From: an uncultured virus (IMG/VR IMGVR_UViG_3300037459_000123)
Taxonomy: Duplodnaviria > Heunggongvirae > Uroviricota > Caudoviricetes
Length of the DNA stretch: 64,000 nucleotides
Virus record (IMG/VR): IMGVR_UViG_3300037459_000123
Direction: 5' to 3' (one strand)
The translations under genes were made by a program, and so were the position numbers. Below are positions 30,845 through 42,600 of this stretch, piece by piece. The notes below the pieces were generated by a model that ran no database searches, was not told the DNA's origin, and saw nothing but the letters and a program-made list of their open reading frames with translations. Position 1 is the first letter of the stretch. Every line of letters starts with the position of its first letter.

Positions 30845-31219
30845 ATGGGCACCAAGAAGAAATCACGGGCCGGACTGGCATCGCTCAAGCGGATACGTGC
30901 GTTGCTCACTCCGCTCGACGCTTGGACGACCGGAGTCTATGCGCGCACGGTCAAAGGTGGCGCGGGGCATGACATTGGCCCGCGGGAAAAGGCAGCGACG
31001 TGTTGGTGTCTGACGGGAGCAATCTGCAAAGTGCAGAGAATCAACGGCCCCGACATAGTCCGGACGTCGTCATACAAGGAGTTGATGGAGACGATCCTCG
31101 GCAGGTCGCGTACCCCTGCGCAGATAACTGGCTGTCCGGTGGTCTGGTTCAACGATCATCGTAGTCACCCCGCCGTGCTCAAACTGCTGGACGACACCAT
31201 CGCCCGGTTGGAGGGATGA
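30845..31219 (+). CDS. DUF6197-like phage protein
   Basis: WTTGVYAR..CWCLTGAI..WFND..HPAVLKLLD pattern. Confidence 0.55.
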   Translation: MGTKKKSRAGLASLKRIRALLTPLDAWTTGVYARTVKGGAGHDIGPREKAATCWCLTGAICKVQRINGPDIVRTSSYKELMETILGRSRTPAQITGCPVVWFNDHRSHPAVLKLLDDTIARLEG

Positions 31220-31540
31220 TGGGTCTCATACTCGCAATCGCTGGGCTGTCGCTGATCCATCTGTTCACGATGATCATGCTGCTCGATCGGTTGGGCGACA
31301 TCGAGCGCGCTCTCCGGTTCATGGGTGACGACATCCATGGGAGGGGCCGATGACGCTGCAACGGGACATGCGTCTCAAGTGGAACGCGCGCACCGAGGGG
31401 GCCCGCCTGGCGTTTCGTGTCTGGGTCGGGTCGGAGCTTGCGGCGATGGTACGCGGCGTGTTGCTCAGGGGGCGGCCGGATGTTGTCCCGTCGCGGTTGC
31501 GCGCGCTGGCTTCCAGAGTGGAGCGGGAGTTGATGCGCTG

Positions 31541-31783
31541 ATGCGGGTGACGGGTGGCGAGGTCCGAGACTGGCGCATCGAGCACGACGTGAGCCGTGCG
31601 CGGCTGGCTGGTCTGCTGGGGGTCGGGGAGAAAACTGTCTACACCTGGGAGCACACTCGGCGGCACCCGACCGGGTCGACGCTCAAGCTGTTGCACATTC
31701 TGATCCGCGGTACGCGCGGAGAGCGGGCGTTGCTCGTGGGATTGTTGTCGAGCCATATGGAAGAAGGGGCGGCGCTGCGCTGA
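31541..31783 (+). CDS. XRE-family HTH DNA-binding protein
   Basis: VRDWR..SRARLAGLLGVGEKTVYTWE..RHP. Confidence 0.8.
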   Translation: MRVTGGEVRDWRIEHDVSRARLAGLLGVGEKTVYTWEHTRRHPTGSTLKLLHILIRGTRGERALLVGLLSSHMEEGAALR

Positions 31784-31932
31784 TGTTTCTCGACGGTAGT
31801 TACCCGGTTATCTTCACGGACAACCCCTGGCTGAGCGGGTTTGCGTGTGGCCTGTTTCTCGGGTGGCTTATCTTCAACGACTGATGGACTGAATCGCTTG
31901 ATCTCCGCGCTTGAACGCAGGACAACAGGGAT

Positions 31933-33665
31933 ATGGCTGTCGAAACCAAGGATGTCGAGCGAGAGTGCCGACGCTGCCACAGAAATAGAACGATGCGGCA
32001 CGATGGAGTGTGCGAGGACTGTCTCGGGCTCCCCGTCGCTCGAACCAAGCGACGTTCAGTGATTCGGCCTCCGGCCAAGCGAAAGTCTGGGATGTCAAAG
32101 CAGATTCGCGACGCACAGGCCGCGCGTGCGGATGCCAAGGCCGCTGCTCGCGAGTCTCGGGAAAAGAAGCCGGAGCCGCGCGACTCCAAGGTCGATACGG
32201 TCGTGCCCGGCGCCGCCGAGTAGATTCGCGGGTCAATCCGGGGACGTCGGCGCCATAACGGGTCATGGCAACTGTACCGAGTGATCGATTGGTCGAGATC
32301 CTGATGGATCTCAATGCGAGGGCGGTGAGAGATCCTTCCATTATGGATGGGGGTGATCGGGATCTGGCAAAGCAGTCGGCTCATGCTGCGCGCACATACC
32401 TCAAGGAGAACTCGCCTCTACACAGTGACGAGGGTCGGAAGCTCCAAGCCCGGCTGCTCCGTGATGCGGCAACCGAGATCGACAAGTGGCGACTGGAGGC
32501 CCAGCAGTTGTACGCGTACAAGGATCATACCGAGCGGATGCTGGCGCTGTTCGAGGCACAGCCACGGCGGTCACCGGGTGATTTTGCGGGGGAGGAGCCG
32601 GACATCGCATACCGGTTGCGCACTTGCGCCGAGGGGTTCGAGCAGCCCCCGAAGGAGGTCTGATGCATCTCGGTCCCGTTGGTTTCGGTCACCAATGCGC
32701 GGCACCGTTCAAGCCGCGGACGTCACCCGGCCCCGGCCCGTGGCGACGAGCGGTGTTTTTGTTCGGGCACAAGTGGAAGCTCGACCCGTCGACAGGGCAG
32801 GACGGCGACATGGTCGCGCACTACTACCACCGTCGGGCTCAGATGGTCGTCCAATGGAATCACGATGCGTTTCTCGTTACTGTGACGGCGTGCGGGTTCA
32901 CGTTCCCACCTATCGAGCGCGTCAAGCTGACCGATGCGCTCATGGAGATCGAGCGGCGGGTCAAGCGGTTGACTGATTTCGTCGGGCGATGAATAGCGAG
33001 CAGCGCAACGCGCGGGATCTGGCCAACGAACTGTTCGAGGCGTTCGAGGCGCGGGACGAGGCGCGGGTCCTCGGGACAATCAGGGGCATCGAGGCGCAAG
33101 CAGTCGCGCGCGGGTTTCTTGGCGGGTCGGTTGTTACGTGTGCGGTGTTGGCGTCGCTCTGGTTTTTTGGAGTGATGGTGCGGTGAAGTTTTCCGTCAGG
33201 TGTCGCAATGTCGGGGAGGAGGACGAGTGGTCCGAGCCTTACGAAAAAGACAACGTCAAAACGCGGGCCGAGGCGGAGCAATGGGCCAAGGAATGCATCG
33301 AGTATTTCAACGACACTTGTCGGTCCGGTGAACCACATCGTGAAGTTGTCGGGGTTGTCGTGGACGATTCGACGGCGGACAACGTCAAGGAGCACGACTG
33401 GCAAAAGTCCAACCTCGTGACGATTCGCAGTCCGGTTGGGATGTATGACGCCTATCGATGTCGGCGGTGTGAGGTCACTGCAAAACGTTACGGGCTCGGT
33501 GGAGATTTCATGCTTGATCGCAAGTATCGATCGGCGGTGTACCAGCGGTGCGACACGTCACAGGCACACTTTGCAAAGCGACGTCCACGCCCCAAGCCCA
33601 AGCCCGTTCGCCGAGGTCGTCGTGTGCTCACGTCTGAGCAGCGGCGGGAGTTTGTGAAGCGATGA
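31933..33665 (+). other. Small hypothetical ORFs (31933-32223, 32265-32663, 32663-32992, 32989-33186, 33183-33665)
   Basis: Mostly coupled ORFs, no family recognised. Confidence 0.55.
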
Positions 33666-34171
33666 AACCGAAGCTCTACGCCGAGGGGACAGCGGTCACC
33701 CCGGAGAAAACCAAGGCCGACCTCGAACGTCTCCTGATCAACCACGGGGCCACGGAGTTCATGTCCGCGTGGGGCACAAACCCGGACACTGGTCTGCGCG
33801 CGGCGCTGATCCAGTTCAGGCTCACCGGTCGCATGCTCCGTTACACGGTCACCCGGCCGGAGCCGGAACGGTTCGCGTTCGACCACAACAAGCGACGGCG
33901 GAAGGCCGACCAGATCGAGCAGCGCGTCGAGGCGGAATACTGGCGGCGCTGGCGCGCGCTGTTCTTGATCATCAAGGCCAAGCTGGAGGTCGTCGCCTCG
34001 GGGGACACCACATTCGATCGCGAGTTCATGGCGGACATCATGCTGCCCGACGGGGGCACGGTGGCCGACCATATGATTCCACAGATCGACCAGGCATATC
34101 TCAGCGGCACCATGCCAGCCCTGCTCCCGCCCCCTCGCAAGCCTCGCCGCCGTCGGGTGGTCTCGGATTAA
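33662..34171 (+). CDS. Conserved phage hypothetical protein
   Basis: YAEGTAV..RRWRALFLIIKAKLE..REFMADI pattern recalled from phage hypotheticals. Confidence 0.65.
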   Translation: MKPKLYAEGTAVTPEKTKADLERLLINHGATEFMSAWGTNPDTGLRAALIQFRLTGRMLRYTVTRPEPERFAFDHNKRRRKADQIEQRVEAEYWRRWRALFLIIKAKLEVVASGDTTFDREFMADIMLPDGGTVADHMIPQIDQAYLSGTMPALLPPPRKPRRRRVVSD

Positions 34172-35584
34172 GTGACGACCCGGCGGGAGGTCGCGGCGTT
34201 GCGCAGATTGGCAGTCAAGGCGGCGGAGGCCCTGCCTCCTACCCGCCGCAATCGGTGGAGGGTGGTCGACAACGGGATTCAGGTTCGGCTGTTCCTGGCC
34301 CGCAGGGGCGGCCGGGGGTGGGTGTCCAGGACGCTCGCTACCCTGGCGGACCTGACCTGGCTGCCGGACTATCTCGTCGAGCGGCGGGCGGAACTCGACA
34401 GCGCGGCACCATAACGGGATATGGCACGGCCACCCAAGCTACCGACAAAATTGCGGGTGATGGGGCGTATGCTTTACCGACGGGACACCTATCGTTTCAC
34501 GGAGGAGCGAACTTCCGCGACGTATGGGGTGGACTGGCTCGCCCAGGCGAATCGCTCGTATCCAGAGTTGAGAGTGACGCGCTGGTATGTGAGGGATGAC
34601 CGTCACCGGCAAAAAGGCAAAACCAAGACGTCTTATGATGTCAGTCTCCGATTTGTGACGGCCGTGTCCGGTGAGGAGAACCCGAGTCAGATGCCGATGG
34701 CTCGGGTGGAGATCATAGGTTCGCAGGTGCCACTCGGTCGGCTCGTCCGGATGTTGAACGGGCGGATGCTGACGCTGTTTCACGCGCTGGGCGTTCAGTT
34801 CGATTATGACGTGGAGGAATAGATGACGATCGGCGACATGTGGACCGAGATCAAGAATCCGGTTGGCGACATCACCAAGGAGGGCGGCGAGATGGCGGCC
34901 GAGGCCCTGCCACACCTGGGGCCCGAGCAACGCGCGGCGCTCATTCACGCGGAGCGGGCCTGGGTAAAGTACAGTGACGGTGTACTCGCGATCCAGGTCC
35001 AGGGAGCAGAGGGCAAGCGGACGGTGTTCGAAAAGGAGGTAGCGTTCGACGCACTCCAAGCCGTTCTCCCGCCCCATCTGGCCAAGCAGGTCGAGGAGCA
35101 TCGGGTTGATGTCGACGCCATCCTCGCAGTCGTGGAGGGCAAGGATCCCGATACCAAAATGAACGTGCTGTTCACGGCGCTGGTCCGGTGCGCCGTCGAG
35201 GAGGGCATGGAGTTGCAGGATCTTGGGAGCAGCGTGATGCAGCGCCTCGCCCTGATGGATCACGCGATGCAGGAGGAGGGCGACATGGGGGTGGAGTTTG
35301 GCGACCTCGCGACGGCGACTGCCTACGTGGCGGACGTTCGTAAGCAGGTCGCAGCCGTCGGGGATCTGGAGGAGGCCGAGCCCATCAAGATCAACGCGCT
35401 CGTGCATCTGATCCACGGAGCCGCCGACGCCGCGCGCCGCCTCGGGCCAACACTATCGGCTGAGAATCGAACCGTCCTCCAAGTGACGATGAACGGGCTA
35501 AAGGAGGACTTTCAAAAGCTCCGCACGGCGATGGCTGGGTGGTCAGACGGGGGAGGCGATGCGCCGGACCCGCCTCCAGAGTAG
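34172..35584 (+). other. Hypothetical ORFs 34172-34414, 34421-34822 and 34823-35584
   Basis: Adjacent ORFs; promoter-like motif before 34421. Confidence 0.55.
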
Positions 35585-36071
35585 GCAGCCGCAAGGCGCG
35601 ACCATCAGCGAGGACGGGCTCTACCGGTACCGGCTCTGGCGTACTTGGGACGAGACGCTGCCGCGCGTGCTGTTCTGCATGCTCAATCCCAGCACGGCCG
35701 ACGCACGGAAGAACGATCAGACGATCCGGAAGGACATCGGGTTCACCACGCGGTTGGGGTGCGGAGGATTCGACGTCGTCAACATGTACGCCTACCGGTC
35801 GACGTCCCCCAAGGCGATGTTCCACGCGTCTGATGGCGAGCACCCGGTGGACATCGTCGGCCCGGAGAACGATGCCGTGATCGAGGTCGTCCTCGCAGCG
35901 GAGTGGAAACACATCATTGCCGCTTGGGGGATCCACGGGAAGGGCGGTCGGGCTCGTCAGTTGACGACATTGCTGCGCTCCAGGGGTGCGGAGTGTTTCG
36001 GGACGACGGCCAACGGCCAACCGCGCCATCCGTTGATGCTCCCTTACGATACTCCGCTCGTCCGGTTATGA
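35559..36071 (+). CDS. DUF1643 family protein
   Basis: YRYRLWRTW, MLNPSTAD, AAWG, PRHPL. Confidence 0.85.
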   Translation: MRRTRLQSRQPQGATISEDGLYRYRLWRTWDETLPRVLFCMLNPSTADARKNDQTIRKDIGFTTRLGCGGFDVVNMYAYRSTSPKAMFHASDGEHPVDIVGPENDAVIEVVLAAEWKHIIAAWGIHGKGGRARQLTTLLRSRGAECFGTTANGQPRHPLMLPYDTPLVRL

Positions 36072-36078
36072 ATCGGAT

Positions 36079-36113
36079 TTGACAACGGCGCAACCTTGCG
36101 CCACAATAGAATC
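36079..36113 (+). promoter_or_regulatory. Leaderless promoter/operator (copy 4) driving ORF 36114-36356
   Basis: TTGACA-17-CACAAT, GCGCAACCTTGCGC. Confidence 0.65.
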
Positions 36114-36395
36114 ATGAGCGGCGGAGCATGCATCTATTGCGGTAACAGTTACAGCGAGTGCTCTCGGGAGAACATCTGCAAGGAGCGCGCACGCAATGCG
36201 GTGGCAGCGCTCAGGGAGGCGACCCGCGCGCAGGATTCTGAGGCGTTCGCGGCTGCGCTGAAGGCGGTCAACAGTCCGTGTCTCGATCCCCATGAGCGGG
36301 ATCTGGCGTTGGCCGAAAACCCTGGCCCGGGTAAGTCCGAGCCTTCGGCGGCTTAGGGTCCCTGGAGAAAAGGTCAGAAAAAGACCCCTTGGGGC

Positions 36396-36430
36396 TTGCA
36401 ACCAGCGCAAGCTTGCGCTACCTTATAGGT
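36396..36430 (+). promoter_or_regulatory. Leaderless promoter/operator (copy 5) driving ORFs 36431-36568 and 36583-36768
   Basis: TTGCAA-17-TACCTT, perfect palindrome GCGCAAGCTTGCGC. Confidence 0.65.
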
Positions 36431-36896
36431 ATGACGTTGAGGGAAACACTGAGAAAGGGAATCACGGGGCTGGCGCTCCTGGCTCTCCTGACCTCGGTGG
36501 GTTCCCTCGACACTCTCGACGGCGGCTACAAGCGGGGCCGACGTCAGGACATCACCTACACCGCCTGAAGATGGAGCCGAAAATGAGCAACTCAACCACC
36601 CCCCACGGATTCACTCAGTGCCGGATTCTGTTTATCAGCGGATGCCTGGAGGGGATCACCATCGACAAGCCGGTGGTGGACGAACTCTGTCAGGTGGACC
36701 GGGAGGTCGAGGGGTTCGGCTCGGGATACCGCGTGCTGGAGGTTGGCGTCACCCCGTCTCCCAGGTAGGGCGGAACGAGGTCAGGCCAGGAGGCCCCGGG
36801 GGGAGACCCCTGGGGCTTTCGTCGTCCTATGTCGGGATCCTTCCGGGACCCCTCGAAAAATCGTCTTGGGAGATGTCGATTTTTTGGCCTGGGGGG

Positions 36897-36931
36897 TTGC
36901 ACCCGGCGCAAGCATGCGCTACCTTTAGAAC
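36897..36931 (+). promoter_or_regulatory. Leaderless promoter/operator (copy 6) driving ORF 36932-37174
   Basis: TTGCAC-17-TACCTT, GCGCAAGCATGCGC. Confidence 0.65.
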
Positions 36932-37218
36932 ATGGCAACGACCCACACAGTGTTCTCCCCCGCCGACCTGGCCGCTGCCACCGATACCGTCAAGGGTCTT
37001 CGCAAGGGTCAGTCCGCCGACGTTTTCGGGGTCGAGGTTCACTGCTACAAGCGCGGATGGTTTGCCGTCGGCAACAACAACGGGCTGAAAGTCCTCAATG
37101 CGGTGATGTTGATCGTCCACTGCTCGTCAATGCGCGCCGAGGGCACCCGGGTGGCAGACAGCCGACGAGTCTAAGACCATTCTGGCGTGGTTGATGTCAT
37201 ACCTGCTACGTTCCCCCC

Positions 37219-38940
37219 ATGGGACGGCGGGTCATCGAGCGCAAGCGTCGCGGTCGGAGGGTAGTCCAGCGGAACGGTAAGCGACTGGCGCCGTTTGCCC
37301 TCGACATCAGGCGGGACCCCGGCATGCCTACCGATGTCGAGTTGGCCACCCGCGCGATCATGCGTTTGGCGGAGGAGGCCCGCCACGACCTCTCCAAATT
37401 CTACGCGTTTGTGATGCGCAACGAGTTGACGCGGGAGCCGCTGACTCCGGCGCCGCATCAAACGGTGATGTTCTCCTTTGTCGAGAACCACGATCGGTGT
37501 GTGTTCCGGCAACCAATCGGAACGGGTAAAACTTTCGGGATGGCGGCGGTGACGCTGTACCTGATGGGTGCGGACATCACCCAGCGCGGCGCGGTCATCT
37601 CGAAGGCCAGGCACCAAGCGAGCAAGGTGCTCGGCATGGTCAAGGATTACATCACGGAGCCGTCGCTCAATGCGCGCCTGGCCCTCGTGTATCCGTGGCT
37701 CAAGCCCTCGCCGCGGCAGGGCGACCCGTGGACCCAGTCGCAGATCACCATCGAGCGCCCGCCCGGGATTCGTGACGCCTCCCTCGTGGCCGTCGGTGTG
37801 GATGGAGCCATCGCCGGGTCCCGTATCTCGTGGCTCGTCACGGACGACGTCATCGACGACGAGAACACCAACAGTCCGCAGGCGCGGGACCTCGTCCAGT
37901 CACGATTCGACGGTCGGTTGATGGCACGTCTGGACCCACTCGGATCCAAAGCGGTGGTCACCAACACACCCTGGCATCGGGAGGATCTGACCTACCACCT
38001 GGAGGAGAACGCCGGATGGCCGACCCTCACGATGGACATCTACGGCAACATCCGCGTGACCAATGCCGAGGGGTCATGGTTGGCGGAGGCGGAACGCACG
38101 ATGCTCCGATGGAGCAAGACGCGGCCCGGGTGGTACAGGCTCAAGGCGCACGATCCGGATCCCGATGAGGAGATCCCGTTGTGGCCTGCGCGTTATCCAC
38201 TCTGGCGCATCCAGGAGATTCGCCACGGCAAGCACGGCCAGGGTGGGATGTTGCCTCATGAGTTTGCACGCCTATTCCTGTGTCAGCCGTTCGACGAGGG
38301 AGCCGCGCGCTGTCAGCGTGATTGGATCGAGCGGTGCAAGAAACGCGGTGTGGGGACAACGTTTGTTTCTCGGTATGACGGGAACGAACCGACATTCACC
38401 GGTATCGACCTCGGGATCGGACAGAAGATCAAGCACGACAAAACGGTCCTGTTCACATTCGCGATGGAGCGGGACGGTAGTCGCCGCATTCTGGATATCG
38501 AGTCGGGTCGGTGGGACGGTTTCACCATCGTCAAGAAGCTGATCAGCAAACACGACAACTACAACTCTTCCGTCGCGGTCGAAACTGTCTCTGCTCAGGA
38601 TTGGCTTCGCCAGTGGGCGCTCAAGACTCGGAAGGATTTGATCGTCCGTGCTCACATCACTGGCGCGGACAAGCGCAGTCTCGATTTCGGAGTGGAGTCC
38701 ATTTTCAACGAGTTGCAAAACGAGGCGTGGATCATCCCGTGCGACGACGATGGCAAGTGTCACCCCGAGGTTCAGATGTGGATCGACGGGATGCTGTACT
38801 ACCAGCCGCCTCCGGCGCACACGGCGGATCACCTGATGGCGTGTTGGATTGCCCGCGAGCGCTCGCGCAAATCTGGGCACAAGGACCCGCCGCCCAAGAC
38901 TCAGCGACGTTTGGAGATGTCCAACACGGCCGGGTTTTGA
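37219..38940 (+). CDS. terL: Terminase large subunit
   Basis: PIGTGKT Walker A, WLVTDD Walker B, NTPWHREDL, TGIDLG nuclease motif, DHLMACW; upstream of portal. Confidence 0.9.
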   Translation: MGRRVIERKRRGRRVVQRNGKRLAPFALDIRRDPGMPTDVELATRAIMRLAEEARHDLSKFYAFVMRNELTREPLTPAPHQTVMFSFVENHDRCVFRQPIGTGKTFGMAAVTLYLMGADITQRGAVISKARHQASKVLGMVKDYITEPSLNARLALVYPWLKPSPRQGDPWTQSQITIERPPGIRDASLVAVGVDGAIAGSRISWLVTDDVIDDENTNSPQARDLVQSRFDGRLMARLDPLGSKAVVTNTPWHREDLTYHLEENAGWPTLTMDIYGNIRVTNAEGSWLAEAERTMLRWSKTRPGWYRLKAHDPDPDEEIPLWPARYPLWRIQEIRHGKHGQGGMLPHEFARLFLCQPFDEGAARCQRDWIERCKKRGVGTTFVSRYDGNEPTFTGIDLGIGQKIKHDKTVLFTFAMERDGSRRILDIESGRWDGFTIVKKLISKHDNYNSSVAVETVSAQDWLRQWALKTRKDLIVRAHITGADKRSLDFGVESIFNELQNEAWIIPCDDDGKCHPEVQMWIDGMLYYQPPPAHTADHLMACWIARERSRKSGHKDPPPKTQRRLEMSNTAGF

Positions 38941-39621
38941 TGGGGCGTGTTGTTCTCCAGGCGGTTGACGTTGCGCCGGTCGTCTGCGATGACCATGAGC
39001 ACGAATGGAGTCAGTGTCTCACTCCCCCCGACTCGGCTCGGAAGTGGTATCGTTGCTCCATCTGCCTTGTGTTCGGTTACCGTCGAACGCGGAACTTCAT
39101 CACGTCCTACAAGTGCAGCAACAAGGGGTGTAAGGGTGACGCAGTCGACCGACTCCACGGAAGAGGCCCCCGATTCGGATACATCTGGCGATGTCGCGCC
39201 TGCCTCGACGCCACCGACTCCGGTGTCTACGGCGCCGGAAGTGCATAGCATCAGCGGCTCGCGATACCTGATTTACAACGCGGGGCGAAAGCAGGGGCAG
39301 GCGGAGACGATCAGCGAGTGCGCTGCGAATGTTCGCAAGGCGGGCGGTCACTACAAGGCGAGGATCGCGAATGCGCGGAAGCTGGCCGCCGAGGATGGTG
39401 GGGAACCGGTCGATTGGGAGGAGTTGGCCGACGCCCTGGCCGACAACTACGGCAAGATTGCGGAACAGATCGGCATGCATGAAGGTAAGGCTCGCTCGGA
39501 GTCGATGCAGTTGATGGGGCGCGGCATCCTGCTTATGAAGTCAGAGGCGACTCCGACACGACGTCCGATCTGGATCGTCAGAGTGATTCAAGCGTTCCGC
39601 GCAGCCTTGCGTGCAGCGTGA
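38940..39621 (+). other. Two small ORFs (38940-39248 Cys-rich; ~39241-39621)
   Basis: Coupled ORFs between terL and portal. Confidence 0.5.
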
Positions 39622-39643
39622 TAGGTGTGCAGGCTCGGAACCG

Positions 39644-42600
39644 ATGACACGGCGAGTAATCCAGGCATCACGAACAACGGCTAAGCCGCTTGGATCGTTG
39701 CAGTTGCGGGCCTATGCGCCGACCGAAGTCCTACCGCAGCCGCCGCCGGAGGTCTTGCAGAACCAGTTGTTTACCAGCCCGCGCGCCGATCGTGCATTTC
39801 GGCAGCGATTCGGGCGGTCGATCTCTCTGGATCGAATCGAACTTGCTCTGCAATCGGCGTTCCGTGGCGCGATGCGCGCGATCACAGACATCTCCAGGGA
39901 GACTGTCGACACTGATCCGCATTTGGCGTCGGTTCTCAACAAGCGATTCGGCGCGGTGTCATCGCTGCCATGGGAAATCCAACCGGCCAGCGGATTCGGA
40001 ATCGATCGCGACAAGGCGCAGTTCTATGCCGAGGTTGCCCGTGAGCAACTGCGGAGCATGTCGAACTTTCGGCAGAACCTTCGGCAGCTTGCTTGGGCGC
40101 TGTTCGACGGACGGGCCGCGCTCGAAAAGCAGTGGTTGGCGCTGGCGGATGGGATGTCCCATCCCAACTTCGGCACGGTGACAATGGTCATCCAGTCTAT
40201 GGGCTGGATTCATCCGCGCCGCTTGTCGTTCGGACCACACCGCGACCTCCGAGTGACGGATGAAATCTTCGATAACATCGGCGGGAACTTCACGCCGATC
40301 GGTGTGGAGATCACCCAGGTCCCGCTCAAGTTCGTTTGGTGGCTGCCTCAGATGTTCGGGGACTACCCCGAACGCGAGGGCCTGGCCATGCGGACGCTGT
40401 ACTGGTCCTTTTTCAAACGCTTCGCCGCGCGCGAGCGGATGATCCTTACCGAACTGTTTGGCAAGCCGTGGCGCATTCTCGAAGTGGACGAGGAGAGCAG
40501 CGCCGACCCCGAGGCTCTCCAGAATGCCGACGAGATCATCGACAATCTTGGAGGCGCGTACACCGCGCGCCTGCCGCGAGGGGTCAAGCTGAATGTGGTT
40601 CAACCCCAGCGCACCGCCGGGGCGATCCATGGGGACGTCATCACGGAGAGCGACAAGCAGAACTCCAAGCTCGTCCTCGGGCAGACCGGCACCACGGATG
40701 GTGTACCTGCGGGGCTCAACAGCAACCAAGCCAACGTGATGCAGGACGAGCAATTGATGATCCTCCAGTCGGACGCGCGCTGGCTGTCAGAGGTTATCGA
40801 GTCGCAGGTTACCGACCAGATGATCGGGGTGAACTTCGGACCGCAGGAGGTCACCCATGCGCCGCACTTTGTGCTGCGTGCTGACCTGCCTGCCGACCGG
40901 CTCAAGGAAATCGAGCGGCTGCAAATGGCGATCGAAGCGGGGATCTCGGTCAAGCGGGAGGAGGCGTATGCCACCACCGGGTTCGCGATTCCCGATGATA
41001 CCGACGTGGTTATCAGGATTGATCAGCCCCCCGTCCCGGCGCTTTCCCCGGTCGCTCCTGCCCCCCGAGCGGTCGTGGTGTACCCGGCGGGCCAGTCGCC
41101 CGAGAGCGGGGAGCAGAATCCTCCGGCCGCGCAGGCGGCACCTATGGCCGGGGCCATCGAAGGCGAGGCCAGCCCGATCGGGTCGGCGGATGCGTCGGCC
41201 ACTACCACCGTCAACGAGGCACGGGCACACGACGGGAAGGGCCCGCTCCTGATGCCTGACGGCTCGGAGAACCCTGACGGGTTTCTCAGCATCTTCGAGT
41301 TCAAGGCCAAGATCGAGGCCGGGCTGGCGGTGGCTCCCGAGCCAGAGCCCGAGCCCGAACCAGAGCCCGAACCAATCGAGATCGAGGAGGAGGACGAGCC
41401 GACCGAGATCGATGACGAGGAGGACGACGAGCCCGAGGTTGGGGCTGATCCGCTGGTTGACCCGACCGCCGAGGAGCACACCCATGAGTTGCCCGACGGC
41501 ACGATAACGGGTCCGGCTCCCTTGGGCGAAGGGCACACGCATTCGCTACCTGATGGCGGTGAAACCGGTCCGCCGATCCCCATCGAGGACGGCGATCACA
41601 CGCACGAATCGCCGGACGGTTCGACCGGTCCGGTCAAGGTTGTGGCGTCGGCGAGGAGTAAACATGTTTACTCCGTCTGTGCCGTGTTGCAGCCGACCGA
41701 CGTCCATACTCCGAGCGAGATCACGGGTCCGCTCACGGTCGAACTCAAGATCAATAAAGTCGGAGACAAGTACGAGGTCACGAGCGAGGACGGCTCCCGA
41801 TCGTTCGGCGTGTTCGACACCCGCAAGGAGGCGGAGACTCGGCTGGGCGAGGTCGAGGGCTTCAAGTCTCGATCCTCCGCGCCGCTTGCTTCGCTGCTGT
41901 TGACGCGCATGGAGACCGGCGCCGCGCTGGCGCTCGCCAACGCTGTCGACAGCCACACCAAATGGGAGCGAGCCTGGCACACCTATGTCCATACGGGGTG
42001 TGGGTCGGTTCACTGCGCGGCGAATCAGGATCAGCCTGACACGGCCAACGGTTCGATTGAGAACATCGTCGGAACGGCGACCATCGAGGCGCGGCGGCAC
42101 ATCCGCAAGATCGTCAACTCGTTCAAGTCGGGGGTGGACGGTCTCGATTCTCCGACTGCGATTTTTGCGGCACTCGAACGCACCCGCGAGCGTCTCGACG
42201 TCCAGCCGCTCGGCCGCACACTTGAACGGCGGATGATCCACTCGGCTGCGCTCGGTTCGCTCGATGGATTTTTGGACACGGGCATCTCGCTGGATACCGA
42301 GTTCGATGTGAACGGCGAACCGATCGAGGAGGTCGAGACCAGCGCGCGATCGGTGGCGTTGGTTGGTACCCGGGATTTTTCACAGCTTCCATTCGGTCAG
42401 GTCGAGCGGGAGTTTCGTAGCAAACGGGTTGTCCAGCGCGCGACGTTCGACCGGCTGTCAGCCCAGGCGCGCGCGCAGGCGTTCACCGTCTCCGGCACCT
42501 TGTCGGATCAGATGCTCGGGACGATTCAGTCCGAGTTGGCCGCACAGATCGGCACGGGCGCAGACCTTCGCAAGTTCGGTAAAGCGATTGAGACTCGGAT

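Noticed and set aside
27689..36852. 10 bp inverted repeat GGGGTCCCGG / CCGGGACCCC bracketing the accessory block
   Set aside because: Too short for GC-rich DNA; no recombinase or transposase nearby
41553..41903. Overlapping ORF starting at the palindrome ATG inside the portal gene
   Set aside because: Arg/Ser-rich off-frame sequence typical of a shadow ORF; no supporting features
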